In this document: positions 21,601-31,138 of the stretch, one piece after another
How positions within the stretch are numbered: the stretch's first letter is position 1
How the letters are laid out: every line of letters starts with the position of its first letter
Source: Gemmatimonadales bacterium
Lineage (GTDB): Bacteria > Gemmatimonadota > Gemmatimonadetes > Gemmatimonadales > GWC2-71-9
Assembly (NCBI GenBank): GCA_041613315.1
Contig: JBFJHJ010000002.1
Coordinates: 26,014-90,013 of the forward strand
Reading direction: 5' to 3'
DNA: 64,000 bases
The notes under the pieces: model-generated
Seen by the model: the letters and a program-made list of their open reading frames with translations, nothing else
Database searches by the model: none
What the model was told of the DNA's origin: nothing
Position numbers and translations under genes: made by a program

Positions 21601-23054
21601 CGGCTCACCCGGTTGCGCCCGTACCGTTTGGCACGGTAGAGGGCGTCGTCCGCGCGGGCGATCACGGCCTCGGGATCGCTCGCCTCGCCCGGGTCGAGGC
21701 TCGTGATCCCCACCGAGACCGTCACCCCGAGCGGTTGCTCGCCGCCGTCCGCGAAGTCGTGCTGCGCGACGCGCAACCGGATCCGTTCGGCGGAGATGCG
21801 CGCACCTTCCGGCCCCGTCTCCGGGACCAGGACGACAAACTCCTCGCCACCGAACCGTGCCACCACATCCACCGTCCGCACCTCGGCGAGGAGCAGCTCC
21901 CCCACCTGCCGCAGCACGCTGTCGCCCACCAGGTGCCCGTGCTCATCGTTCACGCTCTTGAAGCGGTCCAGATCGATCATGAGCACGCTGAGCGCCAGCT
22001 TGTAGCGCTGCACCCGCTCCAACTCCGCTTCCAGCCGCTCCACCAGCGTGCGGCGGTTGACGCAGCCGGTGAGCGGGTCGATCGCCGCCAGCTCCTGGTA
22101 GCGCCGCTTGTCGGACTCGACGCTCTGGAGCTCGTAGGCGCGCTCGATCGCGTTCACGGCCGTCCCGACGACGCGCTCGGCGAACTCGAGACTCGCTTGC
22201 GTCAGGGGTGGATCCTGGCCGAGCGTCCGCAAGAAGAAGACCCCGGAGTGCTGGCCTCGCAGCGTGAACGGCACGGCAATCACCGACCGTGTGAGCACCG
22301 CGATCCCCTCGTGCTCCCACTGGCGACGCACCGCCGCGTAGAGGGGGTCAGTCTGGACGTCCTGCACCAGCACCGGCTTGTTCGTCGAGAGGGCCTTGCG
22401 GACCTCCGGATAGCGCCCCAGCTGGATGTCGAGATTGCGCAGCATGGGGTTGTCGGCAGCCACCACGACCGTGGCCACCTTGTCGGCCGGCTGGGCAAGC
22501 ACGATGGAGCACTTGGAGATGTTGAGCACCTTGGCGACGCGCCGGGCGAGAATATGGTACATCTCTTCCGGGGCCAGCGCCTCGGTCACCTCGTGCAGGA
22601 TGTCCACCATCTCGGCGCGCGCGGCCGCCTCGGAAGCGCGTCGCTCGGCCTCCCGTCGGGCGTTCCGGAGCTCTCGGCTGATGCGGAGGTGGGCGTCCAC
22701 CCGGGCCACCAGCTCCTTCACGCGAAACGGCTTGGCGATGAAGTCGGCCGCCCCCAACCCGAGGGACTTGACGGTGGCCTCTTCGGGCGGGATGGAGGAG
22801 ATCATCAGGACGGGGAGATCGCGCCAGCGATCGGCGCGCTTCACCTGCTCAAGGAGCTGCAGGCCGTCGACCTTCGGCATCATGATGTCGAGCATGAGGA
22901 GGTCCGGCCGCTCCTCGTCCATCCGCCCGAGCAGGTTCTCACCACCGCGGACCGGGATCACGTGGTAGCCGCGTTCCTTGAGGATCCACGTGATGGTGTC
23001 GAGCAGCGCCTGGTCATCGTCGGCGACCAGGATGCGAGCCGCCTGCGCCGTCAT
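21597..23054 (-). CDS. REC-GAF-GGDEF diguanylate cyclase
   Basis: ILVADDD, LDIMMP, KPF receiver motifs; GAF-like middle; DPLTG, RTVD I-site, GGEEF. Confidence 0.93.
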   Translation of the reverse strand: MTAQAARILVADDDQALLDTITWILKERGYHVIPVRGGENLLGRMDEERPDLLMLDIMMPKVDGLQLLEQVKRADRWRDLPVLMISSIPPEEATVKSLGLGAADFIAKPFRVKELVARVDAHLRISRELRNARREAERRASEAAARAEMVDILHEVTEALAPEEMYHILARRVAKVLNISKCSIVLAQPADKVATVVVAADNPMLRNLDIQLGRYPEVRKALSTNKPVLVQDVQTDPLYAAVRRQWEHEGIAVLTRSVIAVPFTLRGQHSGVFFLRTLGQDPPLTQASLEFAERVVGTAVNAIERAYELQSVESDKRRYQELAAIDPLTGCVNRRTLVERLEAELERVQRYKLALSVLMIDLDRFKSVNDEHGHLVGDSVLRQVGELLLAEVRTVDVVARFGGEEFVVLVPETGPEGARISAERIRLRVAQHDFADGGEQPLGVTVSVGITSLDPGEASDPEAVIARADDALYRAKRYGRNRVSR

Positions 23055-23066
23055 CGCCGCCGATCG

Positions 23067-24062
23067 TTAGGTGTTCGCCAGCGCCGCGATGGCCGCGGGG
23101 TCCACGTTCCCGCCGCTCACGACGAGCACGGTGGGGCCGTGCGGCTTGAGGGCGCCGGACCGGAGGGCCGCGGTCGTGGCCGCTCCGGAAGGCTCGGCGC
23201 GGACTCCTGCGGTCGCGGAGAGCCACACCGTCGCCTCAGCGATCGCGGCGTCCGACACCGTGATCGCGTCGATGTGGCCCTGCATGTGGTGGAAAGTAAC
23301 CGTGCCTACTGAAAGGGGAAGTAACCCGTCGGCGATGCTGTGCGTGCGCTCGAGCCGGACGGGGCCGCCCGCCGCGAGGGCGGCGCCGAGGGCGGCAGCG
23401 CCTGCGGGCTCCACCCCCGTGACGCGGGCGCCCGGCGCGAGGGCCGCGAGCGCCGTGATGATGCCAGCGGCGAGTCCGCCGCCTCCCACGGGGACCGCCA
23501 CGTGGGCGACCTCGGGCAGTTGCTCGGCGATCTCGAGGCCCACGGTGCCCTGGCCCGCGATGATCGCGGGGTGATCGTACGGCGGGATCACGGCGAGCCG
23601 CTCCGTCGCCACGAGACGCATCGCCTCCCGATAGCGGTCCTCGGACGTGCGGCCCGCGAACACGACCTCGCCTCCCCAACGCTCGACGCCCGCCACCTTG
23701 GCGGGCGGCGCCGTCTCCGGCATCACGATCACCGCCCGCACACCGAGCCGGCGCGCCGCGAACGCGACGGCCTGGCCATGATTCCCGCTCGAATACGTGA
23801 CGACGCCGCGGGAGCGCTCCGCCGGGGTGAGCCACTGAAGCGCCGTCCAGGCGCCCCGGAGCTTGAAGGCGCCCGTGGGCTGCTCGTTTTCGAGCTTCAG
23901 GAAGATCGGGACGCCGGCCTGCTCGGTGAGCTGCGGCACCGGTTGGAGCGAGGTGCGAACCGCGACGCCGTCCAGCCCGCGGGCGGCGACGCGAATGTCC
24001 TCGATCGTCACCCGGGACACCGTGGCGCTACTGACGGGAGATTGGGGCGGGCGCCTAGGCAT
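23067..24062 (-). CDS. Threonine/serine ammonia-lyase (PLP fold type II)
   Basis: KLENEQPTGAFKLRGA, SSGNHGQ, VPVGGGGL, EPSGA, SGGN. Confidence 0.9.
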   Translation of the reverse strand: MPRRPPQSPVSSATVSRVTIEDIRVAARGLDGVAVRTSLQPVPQLTEQAGVPIFLKLENEQPTGAFKLRGAWTALQWLTPAERSRGVVTYSSGNHGQAVAFAARRLGVRAVIVMPETAPPAKVAGVERWGGEVVFAGRTSEDRYREAMRLVATERLAVIPPYDHPAIIAGQGTVGLEIAEQLPEVAHVAVPVGGGGLAAGIITALAALAPGARVTGVEPAGAAALGAALAAGGPVRLERTHSIADGLLPLSVGTVTFHHMQGHIDAITVSDAAIAEATVWLSATAGVRAEPSGAATTAALRSGALKPHGPTVLVVSGGNVDPAAIAALANT

Positions 24063-24094
24063 GCGAAAAACGGAGTCCCGGTGGCCGGGGCCCG

Positions 24095-26623
24095 TCAGAG
24101 ATCCATCTCGCTCTGGTCCGCACCCTCCGCCACGATCTCCTCATCCGGCACCGGACCCTCGTCCTCGCCGTTCTCCGCGTCGCCCCCCTCGTCTTCCTTG
24201 ACGACCCGCGCCACGTCGACCACGAAATCGCCGGGGTCGAGGTTCATCACGCGGACACCCTGGGTGTTGCGCCCGCTGATCCGGATTCCCTCGACCGGGA
24301 CACGGATGATGACGCCGTGGCGGGTGACCATCATGAGCTCGTCGTCGGGGAGGACTTCCTTGAGGGCGACCACCTCGCCGGTCTTCTCGGTGCGTTTCAG
24401 CGTGATGATGCCCTTCCCGCCGCGCTTTTGCACGCGGTAGTCCGCGATGGGAGAGCGCTTGCCAAGTCCCTTCTCGGTCACCACGAGGAGCGTGGCGTCG
24501 CGGCGTAGGACGACCATCCCGATCACCCGGTCGCCTTTCGCGAGCTGGATGCCCCGGACGCCGGCGGTGGCGCGGCCCATCTCCCGTACGTCCTGTTCGC
24601 TGAACCGGATGCTCATGCCGTGACGAGTGGCCAAGACGATGTCGTTCGAGCCGTCGGTGATCTGCACCTCGATCAGCTCGTCGCCCTCGTCGATGTTGAT
24701 GGCCGTAATGCCGGTCGAGCGCGGGTTGCCAAACGCCGAGAGCACCGTCTTCTTCACGACGCCGGCGGCCGTCGCGAACATGAGGGCGTGCGTGTCGGAG
24801 AACTCGCGGACGGAAATAAAGGCCGCGATGCGTTCATCGGGCTTGATACCGATCAAGTTGACGACCGGGCGGCCACGGGCGGCCCGTCCACCCTGGGGCA
24901 CGTCGTACACCTTGAGCCAGTAGACGCGGCCGGTGTGGGAGAAAAACAGGACGTAGTCGTGGGTGGACGCCACGAAGAGGTGTTCCACCCAGTCGTCCTC
25001 CTTCGTGCCCATTCCCGTGAGGCCCCGACCGCCCCGACGCTGGCGCCGGTACGTGGTCACGGGAATCCGCTTGATATAGCCGAAGTGCGAGATCGTAATG
25101 ACCATGTCCTCTTCGGCGATCAGGTCCTCGATCGAGAAGTCGCCCTCCTCGGCCACGATCTCGGTCCGGCGCCGATCGCCGAACTTCTGGACCAGCGCGT
25201 CCAACTCGTCCTTGAGGATCTGCATCCGCTTCGGCTGGGAACCGAGGATCCCCTTCAGCTCCTTGATCAGCGCGCGCACCTCCTTCAACTCCGCGTCGAG
25301 CTTGTCGATCTCGAGCGACGTGAGGCGAGCCAGCCGCATGTTGAGGATCGCCTCGCTCTGCTTCTCGGACAGCTCGAACCGCTCACGGAGCGCGGCGTCG
25401 GCCGCGGGAACGTCCTGCGCCTTTCGGATGATCTTCACGACCTCGTCGATGCTGTCGACCGCGATCTTGAGACCCTCCAGGATGTGCTCCCGGCTTTGGG
25501 CCTGCTCGAGGTCGTACGTCGTCCGGCGGGTAATGACCTCGTGACGATGCTCGACGAATCGCTCGAGGATCTGCTTGAGATCCAACACCTGCGGCTGGCC
25601 GTCCACCAGCGCCAGCATGATCGCGCCGAACGTGCTCTGCATTTGCGTGTGCTTGAACAGCTGATTCAGCACGACCGTCGGGTTGGCATCGCGCTTGAGC
25701 TCGATCACGATCCGCATGCCGTCCCGGTCCGATTCGTCCCGGAGATCCGAGATGTCGGTGACCTTCTTGTTGCGGACCAACCCGGCGATCTGCTCGATCA
25801 GGCGCGACTTGTTGACCTGGAACGGAATCTCGGTGACCACGATCTGGGACTTGTTGGAGCTCTCCTTCTCCTCGACTTGCGCCCGGGCGCGCATCACGAT
25901 CCGGCCGCGACCGGTCTCGTAGCACTCCTTGATGCCGTCCCGCCCGTAGATGAAGCCCGCAGTGGGAAAGTCGGGACCCTTCACGTGCTTGCAGAGGTCG
26001 GCGATCGAGCAGTCGGGGGTGTCCACCAGGTGCTTGAGCGCCGCGGCGACCTCGCTGAGGTTGTGCGGCGGAATGTTCGTCGCCATCCCCACGGCGATCC
26101 CCGAGGCGCCGTTGATCAGCAGATTCGGCACCTGGGCGGGCAGGATCGTCGGCTCCTGGAGTCGGTCGTCGAAGTTGGGGATGAACTCGACGGTGTTCTT
26201 GTCGATGTCCTCCAGCAGCTGCACCGCGAGCGGCGTGAGCCGGGCCTCGGTGTAGCGATAGGCCGCGGCATTGTCGCCGTCCACGGACCCGAAATTGCCC
26301 TGTCCGTCCACCAGCGGGTAGCGCAGCGAGAAGTCCTGCACCATGCGCACGAGCGAGTCATACACCGCCATGTCGCCGTGCGGGTGGTACTTGCCGAGCA
26401 CGTCGCCCACCACCGTGGCGCTCTTCTTATGCGGGCGCCCGGGCTGGAGCCCGAGCTCGTTCATCGCGTAGAGGATGCGCCGATGCACCGGCTTGAGGCC
26501 GTCGCGCACATCGGGGAGCGCGCGCTGTACGATGACGCTCATCGAATAGTCGATGAAGGACTCCTTCATCTCGTCTTCGATGAGGCGGGGGAGGATGCGC
26601 TCACGCTGATGGGGTGCGGTCAT
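24095..26623 (-). CDS. gyrA: DNA gyrase subunit A
   Basis: [31 protein letters not shown], GyrA-box QRRGGRG. Confidence 0.98.
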   Translation of the reverse strand: MTAPHQRERILPRLIEDEMKESFIDYSMSVIVQRALPDVRDGLKPVHRRILYAMNELGLQPGRPHKKSATVVGDVLGKYHPHGDMAVYDSLVRMVQDFSLRYPLVDGQGNFGSVDGDNAAAYRYTEARLTPLAVQLLEDIDKNTVEFIPNFDDRLQEPTILPAQVPNLLINGASGIAVGMATNIPPHNLSEVAAALKHLVDTPDCSIADLCKHVKGPDFPTAGFIYGRDGIKECYETGRGRIVMRARAQVEEKESSNKSQIVVTEIPFQVNKSRLIEQIAGLVRNKKVTDISDLRDESDRDGMRIVIELKRDANPTVVLNQLFKHTQMQSTFGAIMLALVDGQPQVLDLKQILERFVEHRHEVITRRTTYDLEQAQSREHILEGLKIAVDSIDEVVKIIRKAQDVPAADAALRERFELSEKQSEAILNMRLARLTSLEIDKLDAELKEVRALIKELKGILGSQPKRMQILKDELDALVQKFGDRRRTEIVAEEGDFSIEDLIAEEDMVITISHFGYIKRIPVTTYRRQRRGGRGLTGMGTKEDDWVEHLFVASTHDYVLFFSHTGRVYWLKVYDVPQGGRAARGRPVVNLIGIKPDERIAAFISVREFSDTHALMFATAAGVVKKTVLSAFGNPRSTGITAINIDEGDELIEVQITDGSNDIVLATRHGMSIRFSEQDVREMGRATAGVRGIQLAKGDRVIGMVVLRRDATLLVVTEKGLGKRSPIADYRVQKRGGKGIITLKRTEKTGEVVALKEVLPDDELMMVTRHGVIIRVPVEGIRISGRNTQGVRVMNLDPGDFVVDVARVVKEDEGGDAENGEDEGPVPDEEIVAEGADQSEMDL

Positions 26624-26682
26624 GGCCGTCCTTCTCGGGTATGCAAAAACGGGGGCCCGAGGACCCCCGTGGAGGTCCCAGC

Positions 26683-26711
26683 AATATACCCACGGCGAGG
26701 GGGGAAATCAA
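26683..26711 (-). promoter_or_regulatory. Putative sigma-70 promoter of gyrA
   Basis: Minus strand TTGATT - 17 bp - TATATT, about 60 nt upstream of the gyrA ATG. Confidence 0.55.
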
Positions 26712-26727
26712 TCGGCCAGAACCACCT

Positions 26728-26752
26728 TAAGTTGTTGTTTGACAATTTCTTA
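26728..26752. promoter_or_regulatory. AT-rich imperfect palindrome resembling two inverted IHF-type sites
   Basis: TAAGTTGTTGTTTGACAATTTCTTA; CAA-N4-TTA occurs on both strands. Confidence 0.4.
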
Positions 26753-26938
26753 TGAGCTTCGCCGCGCGGCGGGGAGCTGCCGGAAGCGGCCCCTCTCACC
26801 ACCTTCGAGCGACCGCCCGGGCGCGGCGAGCATCGTCGTCCGCAATGAAACCCTGGGCGGTCGTCGTGCGTCTAATGTCCCAGGGGCCGGGACGTCTGGG
26901 GCCGCAACACTGGAGAATTGGCCGGGTCGGAGGAGCGC

Positions 26939-27169
26939 ATGGAATACGCACTGGCACTATCGAACACGCTGCGCGCGACGGGCGACCTCCGTGGCGTGCC
27001 GCGGCTCGCCCGCTCCATGCCCGAAGCCGGCGCGCGCCTCGTCCGGACACCGGCCGGCTACGCCATGTTCGACGAGCGGGACCGTTACGTGGGCCGCCTG
27101 CCGTGGCCGGACGGCAAGCCCACGCTGGAACCGGGCGGAGAGACGGTGTTGCTGGTCCGGGACGGATAG
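26939..27169 (+). CDS. Small hypothetical protein (76 aa)
   Basis: Strong GGAGGAG RBS before the ATG; GC3-biased codons; fills the intergenic gap. Confidence 0.5.
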   Translation: MEYALALSNTLRATGDLRGVPRLARSMPEAGARLVRTPAGYAMFDERDRYVGRLPWPDGKPTLEPGGETVLLVRDG

Positions 27170-27237
27170 GGCGCGGCACGCCGCCGCGCGCCCGCCCAAC
27201 CCTCCGCCCCTCGCACCCGCCCCCCGCCCGCCGCGCA

Positions 27238-28296
27238 TCACGGTTCACCGATCTCCACCACGATCTTCCCCATCTGCGCACCCTGCTCCATCCGCTTGAA
27301 GGCCTCGTGTGCGCGCTCGAGCGGGAAGGTCGAGTCGATGGTGGGCCGCAGGTGTCCCTGGCCGAGCACGCGCACGATCTCCCGAAACTCGTCGGCGCTG
27401 CCCATCGTGGAGCCCATGATGTCCCACTGGTGCCAGAACAGACGCCGGAGATCGATCGTCACCTTCGGCCCCGTCGTGGCACCGCACGTGATGAGCCGCC
27501 CCCGGCGCGCGAGGAGCCGGAGCGACTGTTCCCACGTCGCCTCCCCCACGTTTTCCACGACGACGTCCACCCCACGTTTGGCGGTGAGCGCCCGCACGGC
27601 TTTCACCACATCGGTCATGCGATGATTGAGCGTGTGGTCCGCGCCCATCGCGCGCGCCGCCGCGAGCTTCTCGTCGCTCGACGACGTGGCGATCACGAAC
27701 GCCCCGGCGAGCTTCGCGATCTTGAGCGCCGTGCCCGACACCCCACCCCCGATCCCCCAGATCAACACCACTTCGCCCGGCCGCACCCGTGCCCGCGTCA
27801 CCAACATCCGCCAGGCCGTGAGCGTGACCAGCGAGAACGCCGCCGCTTCCCCCCAACTGAGCGGAGAGTGCGGCGCCGGCGGCGTCGGCATCGGCGCCAG
27901 GTTCTCCTGCGGGACCACGATGTACTCGGCGAGCGTTCCCGGTACGTGCTCCCCCAGCAGGCGGTAGTCAGCGCACGACGAGTGCTCGCCCGCGAGGCAG
28001 AACTCACAGGCGTAGCAAGAGATGCCGGGGTTGATCATCACGCGATCGCCGACGGCAACGCGCGCGACGCCCGTGCCCACCGAGTCCACCACGCCGGCCC
28101 CGTCGCCACCCACGACGTGGGGGAAGCTGAGCGTGAGCCCCGGGAGTCCCCGCACGGTCCAGAGATCCAAATGGTTCAGGGCGGCCGCCCGCAGGCGCAC
28201 GCGCACGTCGCCGGCGCGGGCGATGGCCGGTGTCGGCACGTCCCGCACCGCGAGCTGCGAGAGATCACCGTGACCGCTGAGGACGAGCGCTTTCAT
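27238..28296 (-). CDS. Zinc-binding alcohol dehydrogenase (MDR family)
   Basis: AALNHLD, CYACEFC...C structural Zn site, GIGGGV, CGATTG. ATG at 28296. Confidence 0.9.
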   Translation of the reverse strand: MKALVLSGHGDLSQLAVRDVPTPAIARAGDVRVRLRAAALNHLDLWTVRGLPGLTLSFPHVVGGDGAGVVDSVGTGVARVAVGDRVMINPGISCYACEFCLAGEHSSCADYRLLGEHVPGTLAEYIVVPQENLAPMPTPPAPHSPLSWGEAAAFSLVTLTAWRMLVTRARVRPGEVVLIWGIGGGVSGTALKIAKLAGAFVIATSSSDEKLAAARAMGADHTLNHRMTDVVKAVRALTAKRGVDVVVENVGEATWEQSLRLLARRGRLITCGATTGPKVTIDLRRLFWHQWDIMGSTMGSADEFREIVRVLGQGHLRPTIDSTFPLERAHEAFKRMEQGAQMGKIVVEIGEP

Positions 28297-28417
28297 AGAA
28301 TCGGGGTGAGGTGTGTCGGAAGAGGGTATCGGCCGATCGGACTCGGCGACCCGCCGTCCACCAACTGGAAAGGACGCGATTCGCTTCGTGGCCCGGGTGG
28401 TGACGGTCTCGTCGCGG

Positions 28418-30616
28418 CTACGGGCGGAAACTCGGTGCGGCGAACTGCTCCGCCGGCGATTGGCGGGGCACCTCCACGGCCGCACCACCGCCCACGGGGA
28501 CGAGCACCATCCGCACGCCCGACGCGTTCCTCCCTTGCTCGGGTACCGTGGCAGCCACCAGATCGCGCCCAGGGGCGACCGCGTAGCCGCTGACAAAGAG
28601 CTCGGCGGGCGTCAGCGTCGCGACCTGTCCCGCCAAGGTCATGGTCGTCACGCTCCGCGTGGGCCCGCGGCGCACCCGCACCTCGCGCAGAAACGCGAGT
28701 GTGCTGTCGCCCAGCCACGCGGGCGCCGTCGCCTCCCCCGTGATGCCGCCGACGGCCCGCTGGTTGGTGCCATCCAAGTCCATCAGGTACAGCTTCGCGT
28801 CCCGGTCCCGCCGAGTGTAGGCGATCGTACGGCCGTCGGCCGAGACCGCGGGCTCGTGGTTGGCCCCGTCCTGGGTGAGCTGCCGCGCCGCTGTCCCATC
28901 GGCGTTGATGATCCAGATCTGGGGCCGCCCGTCGGTGAGCTGGTACACCAGCCGGCGACCGTCGGGTGTCCACGCCGGCGCCCCTTCGGCCCCCGAGGTG
29001 GTCGTCAGACGCCGGGGATTGGACCCATCCGCGTCCGCCACGTACAGCTCGTTATTCCCCTCGACGTCGGATACGTAGGCAATGGAGAGGCCGTCCGGGG
29101 CGTACACCGCCCCCAGATCCTGGCCTGGCGTGGCGACGATCCGTCGAAGGCGCGCGGGGTGGCTGCGGTCGACCGCGTACACGTCGAACGAACCGCTCCG
29201 GTTCGAGGAGACCAGCAACTCACCGGTCACGAACACGCGCGCGCTGTCGGCGGGACCCGCAGGCGTGGTCGCGACGACGACCGCCGAGCCCATGTCGATC
29301 GCCTCTACCGTCCCGTCATTGCCGACACGGACGATGGCCGGATCGCTCGACGTCCACCGGACCGCGGTCGCCGGCCCCATCCGACGTCCCGCGGCGTCGG
29401 TATAGAACGCGCTGAGGGAGCGTCGCTCTCCACGGCGGAGCGCGAGCCGTTCGGCGCTCACGACGAGCCCCGCGGCCGCCACGCGCACCCGCCACCGCTT
29501 CTCCAACCCCGGCCCCGGGCCCCGGACGGTGATGGTCGTCGCACCCACCGCCCGGCCTGTCGCGGTGCCGCTCACCGCGTCGAACCCCACGACCGCGGTA
29601 TCCGCGACCTCCCACGACAACTCGGCCTCCGGGACCGGCACGTCGTCCGCTCCCCGCGCGACGGCGCGGAACGTCGCAGCGCCGCCCAGCGCGAGCACGA
29701 TGCTGTCGCCCGACGGTGCCAGTGTCAGGGACTCGACGCGGCGGTGCACCGAGACCGGAAGCCGGAGCTCCTGACCGAACCCGTTCGCCACCACCTCCGT
29801 CCGCCCCGACGCCACGCCCGTCACGACCCCGTCGACGGTCACGGAGACGATGCCCGGATTGGCCGTCCCCCACGCGAGCGTCCGCGCGTCGAGGCGCCGC
29901 CGCTCCTGGGCCGGCACGATGACGCGCACGGTGTCTGACGCTCCCGGCGAAATGGGAAGCCGAGAGGCTTCGAACGCCCATTCCGTGATCGCCACGTGGA
30001 CCGGCACGCGCTGTGAGAGACGCCCGTCGGTCGTCCGCGCCTCGATCATGCCCTGGCCGGGCGCGATGCCGATCACTCGGCCGCCTGTCGCCAGCCGGGC
30101 CACGTCCTCGCGAAAGGAGCGCCACACGAGCGGCACCGGCGCCGCCGGGGAGCCGTCGTCCCGCCGGAAGATGGGCCGGAGCTGAATCGTCTCCGAGGGA
30201 AGGAGATACACCGCGGTGGGGTCGATCTGGAGAACCGTGGGGGTCCCGAAGCCACTGCGCGGGCCGGCGGGGCCGCCCCCGACGGTCACGGTGAGCGTTC
30301 GTGACTGCCCGCCGGCCTGGACCTCCACCATCGCCGCACCCGGCGCCAGTGCCACGACGTACGCGACGCCCGGCACGCCGGGATCGGGGTCCACGCGGAC
30401 CACATGCGGGTCACTGCTGCGCCAGCGGAAGCTCGCCAGCACGATATCCCCGCGGGCATTGTACGCGGAGGCGAGCACCTCGCGTCGTTCCCCCACCGCC
30501 ATCCGCAGCGACAGCGGTGTGAGATCCAGCGTTGACACGGCTTGTGCGTTCGCGGGTCGCTCGGCGACGAGCGCGAGAGTGAGCGTGAGCAGCGGAGCGA
30601 GCTTGCGTCGGCGCAT
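28418..30616 (-). CDS. Secreted protein with bacterial Ig-like (Big_2) repeats and a TolB/PD40 beta-propeller
   Basis: Signal peptide; repeated WxSSDPxVxxV..G motifs; C-terminal PAWTPDG/PAVSADG repeats. Confidence 0.85.
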   Translation of the reverse strand: MRRRKLAPLLTLTLALVAERPANAQAVSTLDLTPLSLRMAVGERREVLASAYNARGDIVLASFRWRSSDPHVVRVDPDPGVPGVAYVVALAPGAAMVEVQAGGQSRTLTVTVGGGPAGPRSGFGTPTVLQIDPTAVYLLPSETIQLRPIFRRDDGSPAAPVPLVWRSFREDVARLATGGRVIGIAPGQGMIEARTTDGRLSQRVPVHVAITEWAFEASRLPISPGASDTVRVIVPAQERRRLDARTLAWGTANPGIVSVTVDGVVTGVASGRTEVVANGFGQELRLPVSVHRRVESLTLAPSGDSIVLALGGAATFRAVARGADDVPVPEAELSWEVADTAVVGFDAVSGTATGRAVGATTITVRGPGPGLEKRWRVRVAAAGLVVSAERLALRRGERRSLSAFYTDAAGRRMGPATAVRWTSSDPAIVRVGNDGTVEAIDMGSAVVVATTPAGPADSARVFVTGELLVSSNRSGSFDVYAVDRSHPARLRRIVATPGQDLGAVYAPDGLSIAYVSDVEGNNELYVADADGSNPRRLTTTSGAEGAPAWTPDGRRLVYQLTDGRPQIWIINADGTAARQLTQDGANHEPAVSADGRTIAYTRRDRDAKLYLMDLDGTNQRAVGGITGEATAPAWLGDSTLAFLREVRVRRGPTRSVTTMTLAGQVATLTPAELFVSGYAVAPGRDLVAATVPEQGRNASGVRMVLVPVGGGAAVEVPRQSPAEQFAAPSFRP

Positions 30617-30808
30617 CGGTCGGCGGCTGTGTTGCCCGTAAGTCCAATCGGGAGATGAAGATATGCGATCGAACCTAGTGCCGGCAGCGCCACTGGTCAA
30701 GCCAGGCAGTCCCGCGCACCGGCGGCGCACCAACAGCGTGCACTTGCCATCGCTCATCACGTGGAGAAAACTATAGGGCCTCAGAGTCACTCACCGGAGG
30801 AACACACG

Positions 30809-31126
30809 ATGTCGATGTCTTTCGATCCCATCGGCAGCGGACCGGGCGGTCCGGGTATGTGGGACCCGATGCCGCTGACCCCGCCGGTTCGTCCGCCGTC
30901 CGAACCGAAAGAGGAAAAGCTGATCTGGTCCCGGCCGGAGCCGACGCCGCCACCGGCACCGGAGAAGCCGAAGCCCGCGGCCGCCCCGAAACCCAAGAAG
31001 AAGGCGGCGAAGAAGAGACGGCCCGCCGCGAAACGCAAGAAGAAGGCGGCCAAGAAGAAACGGCCGGCCAAGAAAGCGCGGAAGAAGGCGAAGAAGAAGA
31101 AGGCTGGCCGGAAGAAGCGCCGCTAG
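30809..31126 (+). CDS. Pro-rich, Lys/Arg/Ala-rich histone-H1-like basic protein (105 aa)
   Basis: GGAGG RBS; C-terminal half KKKAAKKRRPAAKRKKKAAKKKRPAKK...; consistent AAG codon use. Confidence 0.7.
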   Translation: MSMSFDPIGSGPGGPGMWDPMPLTPPVRPPSEPKEEKLIWSRPEPTPPPAPEKPKPAAAPKPKKKAAKKRRPAAKRKKKAAKKKRPAKKARKKAKKKKAGRKKRR

Positions 31127-31138
31127 GCGGCCGGGCGG

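Noticed and set aside
26728-26752. dif site
   Set aside because: It lacks the XerD arm TTATGTTAAAT and the 11-6-11 layout.
28297-28417. Possible riboswitch upstream of the alcohol dehydrogenase
   Set aside because: Only a weak stem (CCGTCACC/GGTGGACGG) and no known aptamer motif.
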